From NCBI RefSeq assembly GCF_006345805.1, contig NC_043002.1, positions 2,046,001 to 2,110,000 on the forward strand: 64,000 bases of DNA, read 5' to 3'. Below the pieces are notes generated by a model. It did not search any database, was not told where the DNA came from, and worked only from the letters and a program-made list of their open reading frames with translations. Source of the DNA: Octopus sinensis. Its lineage: Eukaryota. The translations under genes were made by a program, and so were the position numbers. How positions within the stretch are numbered: the first letter of the stretch is position 1; each line of letters starts with the position of its first letter. Positions 53,186 through 64,000 of the stretch are shown here, in pieces.

Positions 53186-54317
53186 GATTGACTTATGTAA
53201 GTGTTTTTGCGTCAAATCCATTTGCATCGACATTAGCAAGAACTGGAAAAGGACAAAATATCCAGAAACGTTGAACTCGCTCATTGCAAGCGACTGGTTT
53301 TATCCTCTACACTGAAGCATATTGTTTCTCCATTCTATTTCTAGAATTATTTCTAGCAAGGCATCGGTCTTGTGCAGTTAGAAAGCAAACCTACTGATTA
53401 TACTTTTAGTACAGAGATTATGAGCCATTAATGTTTTTTTTTACACCTGCTTGCCCTCACTATCTCTCCCCTCTTTCTCTTTCTCTCTCTCTCTCTTTCT
53501 CTCTCTATTGTCTTCTACTCACTATTGGTCAATCAGTGCAATTCTCTACGTTTTGTTTTTCTTTTTTCACCTTATATTTTGTATTTGCGCTTTGCTTTTC
53601 GCTTTTATTTTTCTTCACATTTTCTTTTGTTTCGTTTTTCTCGAAATCTTTTTCTCCAGCGAAGTTAGTTTCCAATTTGTAATTTATTATTTCTTTAAAA
53701 ATAGTGGAAAAAAAATCACTTCCACATTTTCTTGCTACACTAATCAGTCTCCATTTGCTTGCTTCTAAACACATTCACCATCGCTCTGTGGTTACTTTAT
53801 GTTGGTAATTGTTTTTGTTTTCTACTAAACTCAGAATCCGTCCTTCCTGAAGAGTGGGTGGGGGCGGCGTAATTATATTCTATTTATATCAGCTTGGAAG
53901 CGGTCGATTGCATCGCTATTAATTGTTGTTTGTTCGTTTGTTTGTTTGATGTTTTCAGTCTGACCTCTTCCATTCAGTTCCAATTTATTATTCTCAAGTT
54001 CTACTGTAGAACATCGATGGCAACGATGTTTAGAATGTTGAGATATGTTATCTGATTTCGGAATCGTCTTCAATCTCTTCATATTCGTCTCACTCTGTCT
54101 CTCCTCAAAAACTCGTCTCCATTTGCTCCTCTTTATTTCTTATAAGTTTTCTGTCCTTCAAAGTATTTGTTTAGGGGATTCTGGTCTAAATATCTCATTT
54201 CGAGGTCTGAGAATTCATTACCATTATTATCATTATCATCAGCGCCACCGTCGTCGTCGTCGTCGTCATCATCATTATCATCATCCTGATCGTCATTACA
54301 ATATTTAACAACAGCAA

Positions 54318-54569
54318 CTTTTCTTCTTCTTCTTCTTCTTCTTCTTCTTCTTCTTCTTCTTCTTCTTCTTCTTCTTCTTCTTCTTCTTCTTCTTCTTTTC
54401 TTCTTCTTCTTCTTCTTCTTCTTCTTCTTCTTCTTCTTCTTCTTCTTCTTCTTCTTCTTCTTCTTCTTCCTTCGTTTTCTTGTTCTTTTTGGTTTTCTAC
54501 TTTTCTTTTACTTTTCTTTTTCGCATTATTATTATTATTATCATCATCATCATTATTATTATTATTATT
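54318..54569. repeat. (CTT)n plus (ATT)/(ATC)n compound microsatellite
   Basis: Direct reading. Confidence 0.95.
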
Positions 54570-54823
54570 GAGTGAGAGAGCAGTGCATGCCGTCAAAGTG
54601 ACACTGGGGTAAAATATACGAAGCCCAACATACCCATCATGACTACCCGACAGATAAGGGTACACTAGGCACATGCATCACAACAACATGTACGCGACAT
54701 GGTGATCTTGTATCAAGATAAACAGCACATGACCTTGCAGGTGGGACCCAGTTAGAATTTTCTTCTGGTCGAGTAACCCATCCCGCTCAAAAAATCCCTG
54801 AATAAGGGTTGTTTAAGGATGTT
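54570..54823 (-). mobile_element. Element X, truncated copy
   Basis: Aligns to 43464-43715; abuts (ATT)n at the low-coordinate end, ends abruptly at GGATGTT. Confidence 0.8.
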
Positions 54824-55020
54824 TGTAATCTTTTCGGCCCTCTAAGGCCCTGTGCTTTCATTATTATTGTAACCTTTGCATTTCTGAGATTGTCTGAATT
54901 GCGTAAATAGCATTTTTGTGTTGAAACACCCCGTTTTGCAAGAGTTCCTTATCAATAATTTTGAATTTTAACTGCTTTCGGCAAAAGCAAGTATTTGCAA
55001 TTTTCTTTAATTATTCAAAG

Positions 55021-55590
55021 ATGGCTGATAAAGAAGCCATCATAATGTTGGACAATGGGGCGCGTTCGTTGTCGGAGAAAAAGGAGAAGAAAGATGTAGA
55101 ATGGCCTGCATTTAATGACATCACCGAGGCGAATAGTGTTTCATCTCTAAGGAACATCAAAACTTTCGGTGACAACAACAACAACAACAACAACAACAAC
55201 GATACTAAAGAAGTAAAACTTAAAACCACAAGTATCACCACTGCCACCACCACCCGAACTGCCCTCGCTGCAATTTCTTTTGCGATTGCTGCGAGGAATT
55301 TGGAGGATTTCCGCAGAGATTGAGCAGATTTCAAAATCGCAAGGAAAATTGTTAAAAGGAATGAGAGAAAGGCAGACTTAAATCCTCCACCCGACGTGAT
55401 AGAGAATATTTTGAGAGGCACGGTGCCATACCGCTGCATCGAAGTTAAATCACGCCAGGAGGGAAATGCTCCTGAGAGAGAGATACAAAAAATGCCGTGG
55501 GCGCGTGTGGGAACAGAAGACCCACATCACCCGAGGAAGTTTGGAATTATTGATGTTGTTGTTGTCACAGAAAGTTTAGGCGTTGCTTAG
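55021..55590 (+). pseudogene. Orphan 189-codon frame with one in-frame TGA (55321-55323); product unknown
   Basis: ORFs 54961-55323 and 55396-55590 are in the same frame with no other stop between; ATG in CAAAGATGGC context; composition differs from the flanks. Confidence 0.4.
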
Positions 55591-55771
55591 AGACGAAACA
55601 GTATTCGCCTCGGTGATGTTTTCCGGTTTCTCTATCTAAGTTTCTCAAGTCACTGATCTTCCAGTTTATGTTAAAACTGTAATTTATGACTTGTATAGAT
55701 AGCGTGTTTATCCCTATTATCTCATTATTATTATTATCGTTATTATTATTATTATATTATTATTATTATTA

Positions 55772-55806
<35 letters not shown>

Positions 55807-55820
55807 TATTATTATTATTA

Positions 55821-55888
<68 letters not shown>

Positions 55889-55898
55889 TATTATTATT

Positions 55899-58800
55899 CA
55901 GTAGTTTTATTTTTATAGCGTGCTTTCACTTCACTACCGATCGCAGCTCTGTGTGCCTTGGGTATGTGCTGTGATTTGTTGTGATGCTCTGATGGTTATT
56001 GTATGGGAAGTGTTCTGCGTAGGATGTGTGCAGTGCCTAGTAGTGCAATTTTCTGTATGTTATATGTGTTTGTAAGTCCTGGTGTTTTTGTTATGTATTT
56101 ATCTGAATCTTTTTTTTATCATGCCTAATGCACCTACTATGATAGGAATTGTTTCTGTTTTCAGATTCCACATTCTAGTTACCTCTATTTCCAGGTCTTT
56201 GTATTTTGAGAGTTTCTCCATTTCTTTTAGAGACACGTTGTCATCTGCCGGTATTGATACATCAATTAGAAAGCATTTTTTTTCTTCATGATCTCTGACA
56301 ACTATATCTGGTCTGATGGCCTTAATTTCTCTATCTGTGTGTATCGGCATATCCCAGAGTATGGTTGCTTTCTCGTTTTCTGTGACCTTTTCTGGTGTGT
56401 GCCTATACCATCTTTTTTCTGTTGTTATTCCATAATGTTTGCATAGCTTCCAATGTATGTAGGTTCCAACTCTGTCATGTCTGTGAATATATTCCTTCTT
56501 AGCCAGGACTGGGCAGCCAGAGATAATATGATTTATTGTTTCTTGTCCATCTCCACATATTCTGCAGTTACTTGTAATATTTCTTTTCATTACATGTTTT
56601 TGGTAATTTCTGGTGGGGAGGCTTTGGTCTTGTGCTGCAATTAAAAATCCCTTTGTTTCTGCTTTGAGTCCTGAGCTTCTCAACCATTGCTGGGATTTTT
56701 GTTTGTCTATTTCTTTTGCGTTTAGTTTCGTGCAGTATTTACCATGAAGGGGCTTCTCTTGCCATCGTTTTATCATGGTTCGTTGCTGTTCTGTTTTTAG
56801 TTTGGATTTCATTTGTTTTATAGCTTTTGTTGTTTCTTTTCTTCTTCTTCTTCTTCTTCTTCTTCTTCTTCTTCTTCTTCTTCTTCTTCTTCTTCTTCTT
56901 CTTCTTCTTCTTCTTCTTCTTCTTCATGTTTATTAGGTGGTATGATTTCTTGTTTGTATTTGTCAGCTTCCTTAAATACTGAGAACAGTTTTTTGTTTTG
57001 CTCGTGTTTTGCCGCTATTTGTATCAGTTGTCCTTCCTTCTGAAGTAGATATTTTTGCAGTCCTATGGTGGTTATTTTATAGTAGTTTTCCAGCTGTATA
57101 AGGCCTCTACCACCTTCTATACGTTGTATATATAGTCTTTCTATGTCAGATTTTGGGTGATGCATCCTAGATCCTGTCAGTATTTTTCTTGTTTTCCTAT
57201 CTATTTTGGACAGTTCATTTCGTGTCCAGTTAAGGATATTGTAGCTGTAACTTATAACTGGGACAGCTAAAGTGTTGATACCTATTATCTTGTTTTTAGC
57301 ATTGAGCTCTGTTTTTAGTATTGATCTAACTCGTCTATAATATCTTTTTTATTTTCTCTTTCATTTGTGTGTGTTGTGTCTTGTCTAGTTCATGGATTCC
57401 TAAGTATTTGTAAGTTTGGCTTTGGTCTAATTCTTTTATTTCATTGGTTTTATCTAGTGTGATGTTGTTAATCTTAACTAGTTTTCGTCTTTTCATGGTT
57501 ACTTTGGCGCATGTTTCTAATCCAAATTTCATATCTATTTCTTTGGTAAATCCATGAACTGTCTTTAATAGTGTTTCCAGCTGTTTGTCATTTGCAGCGC
57601 ATAGTTTTACGTCATCCATATATAAAAGGTGGCTGATCGTTTTGCCGTAACATTTATATCCGGATCCAGTTCTATTTAGCATATCAGATAGAGGTGACAG
57701 TGCCAAGCAGAAAAGGAGTGGAGAGAGCGTGTCTCCCTGGAATATTCCTCTCCTAATGGGGATGTCTTTGGTTTTCATGAGTCCCTCTTTTGTTTGGAGG
57801 TGTAGGACTGTTTGCCATTTATTCATAGAGTGCTCTATGAATTTTATGATTGTTGGTGCTACTTTGTTAATGGCTAGTGTTTCGAGGATCCATGTGTGGG
57901 GGATGCTATCAAACGCCTTTTTGCAGTCGATCCAGGCCATACTGAGGCCTTTCTTCTTTCTGTGGCTGTCTTCAGTTACGGCTTTATTAATCATCAGTTG
58001 ATCTTTACAGCCATATGAGCCTTTGCGGCATCCTTTCTGCTCTTCTGGGAACAGTTTGTTTTCGTCCAGGTGCTTGTTCAGCCTTTGCGATATCACTGCA
58101 GTAATTGCCTTGAACATAGTAGGGAGGCAGGTTATTGGTCTGTAGTTTTCTGGTTTTTCTGTTTCATTTGATTTGGGAATTAAGATGGTTTTCCCCTTCG
58201 TGAGCCATTCAGGCATTGTCTCTGGCCCTGCTAGTATGCTGTTAAAGTTTTCAGCCAGCTTTTTGTGCATTCCTGTTAGATATTTCAACCAGAAGTTGGG
58301 GATCTTGTCATGCTCAGGTGCCTTCCAGTTGCTTAGTTTTTGCAGTGCCTGGGTGACCTCTTCAGTTGTTATGGGGGTCCAAAGTTGTTCAGATGCCGAG
58401 TTTGTTATTCTAATACTCCTTTTTTTTGGCTGTTCGTTCGCCGACCATATTTCTCTCCAGAATTCTTCCAATTCTTCTGCCGTTGGTGCTGCAGTGACTT
58501 CTATTTTATTTTTGCCCAGTTCTTGGTAGAACTTTTTGGGGTTGGAGTTGAACTTTTTGTTCTGTTCAAAGAAGCGTTGGCGTTTCTCGTACCGGCGGAT
58601 CCTTTGAGCTTTGGCAAGGATATCTTGCTTCAGCTTTTCTTTTATCTTCGGCAAATCTTTTTCTGTGATGTTATATTTGCGGAGCATTTTTGTTCTCTTT
58701 TTGTTGCTCAGTAGCGTTGATTGTTTGCTGATTTCATTAAGAATCGACAGGTCTTTTCTAATTTTTTAAAATTTGTTTTGGATGTTATTTATCCACAGGG

Positions 58801-59925
58801 TTTGTTTGGGTGGTGGTACTCCTGTTTGGGCGGGTTTGGGTGAGTATCCAGCTTCTTTTGTGGCTGCAGTGGCTGCTGCGTATATCAAGTCATTTAGTTC
58901 AGTGATATCACTTTTTTTTGTTTCAGTGGCTAGTTCAGTGACGGTTTATGCTGTTTATAATTGGTGTTGTTATTTCGTTTATTTTTATTCTTCGGAGGTA
59001 TGGTCGGTGGTCCATTTTGGGCTCTGTGGTTTTCAGTTCTTTGATTATTTTATTTTTTATATTATCATAATCATTAGGCTCCCCTTCGTTGTTTACATCG
59101 TGTTTGTTGGGAATGTTGCGTTTGTCTTCGTGTTTTACAGTTTCAGTGTTTATATTATTGGGCATTGTTGTGTGGCTTCTATCTACATTTTCCTGGTGTA
59201 TGTTTTCTTTTGGGTGTTCTATTTCTATTTCTGATATTTTTTTTGTGTTGAGAATGTATCTTCGTACGTTAGCTAATTTATTAGGGTTCATTGCTGTATC
59301 CAAGTCTATATCTCTATTATTTTCCTTCCATATTTTATATGTATGTGTTGTTGTATTTTCATTTTTTGGGTAGAGCATTGCTGTGAAGTATGCATGTAAG
59401 ATAGAAATGTAATCCTCACGTGTCCATTTACGTCTTTTGGGTTTTATTTGCGGGACATGAGGTACAACGTCCGGCCCATTATTTTGACGGTCGTCATTTT
59501 CGTAGGGTACCGGTCCGTTTATTTCTGTTGTCACATTATTTCGCACGTGTAGTTTTTCGTACATTTTTTGTTGTAAGTTTAATGTACGTACCGCTCGATT
59601 GTTATTCTTGGGTTGAATAGTATCGGTGGCATTTAATTTCTTCGTAGTTCCTTTGTACATGGTGTTTGGGGTCGGGGATGATCGTGATGTTCCACGCATG
59701 TTTACATGTGTTGTGTTAGAGGTGGAGATGATATCGAGTCAAAATACATCATTTCGTTTCGAAAATAGTAATAAATTTCAATTAGTATTACTTACTCGGA
59801 TACAGTCCAATTCTTTGTTAGTAAATCTTTGGCTCCATAGGATGTCCTTGTTTTCGATGTTTGTGGATAGATTTCGGAGCTCTGTATTTTCCTTCTTACA
59901 TCTTAAACGTTCCCCGGTGTTCTCC
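55899..59925 (-). mobile_element. Apparently full-length Dong-A (R4 clade) element, ~4.0 kb, inactivated by frameshifts
   Basis: ORF pieces 58935-59699, 57335-58687, 56818-57165, 56099-56812 tile one RT-RLE protein; ~226-nt 5' leader beginning GGAGAACACCGGGGAAC; (TAA)n on both sides. Confidence 0.95.
57335..58687 (-). pseudogene. Dong-A reverse transcriptase domain (450 aa)
   Basis: ORF track; NWKAP..D.IPNFW, NYRPITCL, FQGDTLSPLLF, YMDDVKL. Confidence 0.9.
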
Positions 59926-60004
<79 letters not shown>

Positions 60005-60015
60005 CATTATTATTA

Positions 60016-60058
<43 letters not shown>

Positions 60059-60061
<3 letters not shown>

Positions 60062-60423
60062 TAGTTTTATTTTTATAGCGTGCTTTCACTTCACTACCGA
60101 GCGCAGCTCTGTGTGCCTTGGGTATGTGCTGTGATTTGTTGTGATGCTCTGATGGTTATTGTATGGAAAGTGTTCTGCGTAGGATGTGTGCAGTGCCTAG
60201 TAGTGCAATTTTCTGTATGTTATATGTGTTTGTAAGTCCTGGTATTTTTGTTATGTATTTGTCTGAATATTTTTTTATCATGCCTAATGCACCTACTATG
60301 ATAGGAATTGTTTCTGTTTTCAGGTTCCACATTCTAGTTATCTCTATTTCCAGGTCTTTGTATTTTGAGAGTTTCTCCATTTCTTTTAGAGAAAGGTTGT
60401 CATCTGCCGGTATTGATACATCA

Positions 60424-60425
<2 letters not shown>
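60059..60425 (-). mobile_element. Dong-A short 3' fragment (~365 bp), tandem with the full-length copy
   Basis: IDVSIPADDNLSLKEMEKLSKYKDL...ILRRTLSIQ and identical 3' UTR; (TAA)n on both sides. Confidence 0.95.
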
Positions 60426-60474
<49 letters not shown>

Positions 60475-62237
60475 TGTAGTAGTAGTAGTAGTAGTAGTCT
60501 TGAATATTCATGCAAAGAGACCACTATGACGAATTTTCTGCGGAGTGATTTCTATCCCGATTACTTAATGGAAGTGTACAAGGATTGCCTTCATTTCCCA
60601 ACGAATGGTTTTGGAACACTTCCCTGCGTACCCTATAACACTGGGTGGGATAAAGTTTTGTGGAAGTATTTTTATTTTACTGTGTATATTTCTGCCATCG
60701 CTATTTTGAAATATTAACTCGCATTCCAAGATGGCTGCCTCTCAAATAGCAACATGAGATGCACATTGCCTGATCAACGTAAATAAACACACCTCCAATT
60801 ATTTTCATACCCGAAATTGTATTTAGGAGAAAAGAAACAGAAAATGTAGAAACTTAACCAAACCAACAGAGCTGGCAGTTGTAGAATAGGAAGCAAAATG
60901 AAAGGATAGTATTAAAAATATTATTTGGATGAAGAAACCAGCATAAACTGTAAGAACTACACCGATTGCACCACGTACAACAAAATTAGTTTATCTTTGC
61001 AAACCTTGGGATAATAATGAGCTCCTTTGTACGAGTCAGCTCATAGAGAAGACATGTTTGGGCGGTGTACAGAAAGTTACCCACGAAAGGTCGGCGAAGT
61101 TAGCATACGACAGTGTTTTGGGGTTTTCTTTTCAGATGTGAAAAGCGTTTCTACATCTCTTCGACAGAAGAGCTGTTTGAAAGTCTGAATAACGTGTGGC
61201 CTCCATGATAGAAATATAGCATTTGAAAGCGTGTACGTTTGATTTCAAAACGATTATTTATTATTTGATTACTTCAAGGCTGCACAAGGAGATGACTGCA
61301 ACAGAGATGAAACAACGATTAGCCCACCCTACGATGAACATGTTGGAAAGCAATAGTAAGAACTTTAAATGGAAAAGAATGAAAAAATTAATACAAACTG
61401 GCAGACACAGCAAACATCTAACCGTTAATAATAAGAGCAATGAAAGCATTTTTATTAGCATTGCTAATGAGAAGATGCTTCGTAGATTTCGAGGACGAGA
61501 GAAAGAATATGAGAGCAATATGTCATACAAATTAGTACATATTTCCAAAGTAATTGACAGGAGAAAGACTCAGTACCATAGCTTTACTTTATGAAATTCC
61601 GAGTGAGATTCCAGTGAATCTTCAAAGGAACTCTCAGAAGAAGGATCCCCTGAACTGCGACTGCTAAACCAATGAATGACAAATTTAATCACAAAAGTTA
61701 CGACTAGAAACATTGATAGTCCCTTTGATCCGTAACTCGTAAGCACTGATGCGGTACAGTTGAGAACATAAGTAAATAGAAGACACAGAAGAATTTGTGT
61801 TTGGGTGGGGTTTCTAAAGCCATGATCCCTTTCATCAAAAGACCACGAAGTTATTCTCGACATGTAGCACGTTGCAGAAATAGAGAGAAGACAATTCCAC
61901 CGTTGTTACAGGAAAGAAAGTCCTGTCGCTACATGTGCAGCAGTAAGAAACTTTTGAGATCCTCATTATAATGGAGGCCCAGTTGACTATTTTCTGCCTG
62001 TTTAGATCTTTTTCAACTCAGGCCTGGGTCTAGGTTTCTAATCACAGACGGAGGTGATTGTAGTTTCTATGGATATAAACAGTTCCTTTATTGGGCTTTC
62101 CGTAAGTGTGGCATTTACCCGCTCTCAAGTTTGCGATGATATCTAAGAGTTTAAATTGGCCAAATTGGAGATAAAGAGGCATTAGCGAAGAAGTACATTC
62201 AACAAGAAATTAGTATATATATACATACATATATACA

Positions 62238-62273
<36 letters not shown>

Positions 62274-62301
62274 TATGTATATATATATGTGTGTGTGTGT
62301 G

Positions 62302-62354
<53 letters not shown>

Positions 62355-62545
62355 TATATATATGTATAAATAAATATATATATATATATATGTATAAGTT
62401 CCTTGTTTTCCTTATGAGAAAGTGGCATAATGTACTCCTTATTCCTTCGCAATTAGGAATATGCAACCTTCGAAACATATGTCGAAAATAAAGGAATTTT
62501 GTTAATTCGTCGTTCAACTCCATTCTTTCATATATTTTTAAAAAA

Positions 62546-62608
<63 letters not shown>

Positions 62609-62610
62609 TA

Positions 62611-62644
<34 letters not shown>

Positions 62645-62862
62645 AAGTAACAAACTAAAGAAAGAACTACCTTCAAAGGAGTATGTAAAACATCCGAGTC
62701 ACTTGTGCGCCAATTGAATCCCACATAAATCTGGATATAATGCAAATTACAAACAATAAATTAAATAGAGATACAATTGACAATCCAATAATTCATTTAT
62801 ATTATAGTTTAACATAATATACTATGAATATGATATAATATATGAAAACATAAACAATCGTT

Positions 62863-62894
62863 ATGCCACCCTACCATGTGTGGTAGGGTGGCAT
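62863..62894. other. Perfect 14-bp GC-rich hairpin
   Basis: ATGCCACCCTACCA-TGTG-TGGTAGGGTGGCAT. Confidence 0.9.
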
Positions 62895-62984
62895 TCGATG
62901 AGATGAACATATATTTCTGGCCTACCAAACTTTAAGTCAAGTGGAGTTGAGTTAAACTGTTATTATATGTATACCCATACATAC

Positions 62985-63036
62985 ATATCGATAGATAAAT
63001 AGATAGATAGACAGACAGACAGACAGATAGACAGAC

Positions 63037-63088
<52 letters not shown>

Positions 63089-63096
63089 TAGATAGC

Positions 63097-63181
<85 letters not shown>

Positions 63182-63212
63182 TGATTGATAGATAGGTAGG
63201 TAGATAGATAGA
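62985..63212. repeat. (GATA)n/(GACA)n microsatellite
   Basis: Direct reading. Confidence 0.95.
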
Positions 63213-64000
63213 TTTAGTTTGATACAGAATATAAACAGCGTTTAATCATTTATAAATTATCGTAAATATATTCTTGTATTGTGAACATTTTGAAAACGGA
63301 TATGATCCTATAAAAATTAACCGGCAAAATTGTCATTTTATGCAAGCCTGACTCGGTTATTTTTCATACAATTCTTTCGCAATATATTGCATTTTTCTCT
63401 GTTTATTGAATATGTAGAACCTGAAATTACTTAGTAAAATGTGAAAGAAATTCCAAATACAGTTTTCTTTCATGACAGTAACAATATAATCGTTACAACG
63501 TAAAATTATTTTTTGGAAATATGTTCACACTATGAAACATACAATGGAAAAACGCTGAAACCTAAAGAAGGTTTCATCTAAGATGGCGTCTCTTTCAAAG
63601 GAACCAGGCTATTTTCGTCTACAATTCTTTGTTATTATTTGAAAGCTTAAATATATATCCGTTGGTTTTATAAATTTATTTTGGTAATTTTACAAATATA
63701 TTTGTGTATTACAAATTCGTTCCACATCGAAATTATATATAGAAAGTAAAAAAAGAACTGGCAATATTTCTTTCGGAAACTTCCATGAAAATGGATAACA
63801 TGAAAAGAAAATGTCCAGAATATTTTTCTTCTCCCTTCCTCAACCAATCATACAAATAAGAAATTTTTTTCATCTTGCGTATTTTATTTACTATTTTACA
63901 ATTTTCTAAACGAAAATTTGATTGTGGATGATTTTCTTTCAGTCAGTCGTTGAATTACAGTTAGTTTGTTCTGAAGACTAAACTCCAATTAGATAATATC

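Noticed and set aside
55011-55439. 142-aa hydrophobic minus-strand ORF
   Set aside because: Antisense of the plus-strand frame; the poly-L and V runs come from (GTT)n and (GGT)n
61223-61863. 123-aa and 97-aa ORFs, weakly like a mariner or piggyBac N-terminus
   Set aside because: No catalytic motifs or TIRs found; resemblance too weak to call
63578-63592. YY1-like AAGATGGCG (also CAAGATGGC near 60727)
   Set aside because: Single short motifs with no CpG island, ORF or splice support

Overview
AT-rich, microsatellite-dense eukaryotic DNA with no host protein-coding gene that I can support; it reads as intergenic or deep intronic. The SINE families and repeat style point to an octopus or related coleoid cephalopod (inference from recalled repeat families, not checked by search). 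Most ORF-track entries are microsatellite or antisense artefacts. Real content: (1) five R4/Dong-clade RLE retrotransposon insertions from two subfamilies, all on the minus strand and all inside (TAA)n tracts, including one apparently full-length ~4.0 kb copy, plus a decayed third RLE family; (2) a ~555-bp non-coding element sitting in the same (TAA)n tracts; (3) a Penelope-like element (RT + GIY-YIG) and several pLTR-like fragments carrying minimal type I hammerhead ribozyme motifs, one with an intact core and a long structured stem II and one with a compensatory U3-A8 core inside a near-perfect foldback; (4) RTE, RTE-X and CR1/L2-like LINE relics, decayed mariner and Tc1 transposons, and three tRNA-derived SINE families; (5) an orphan 189-codon frame broken by one TGA. 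All alignments and folds were done by eye and boundaries are approximate unless a junction is quoted.
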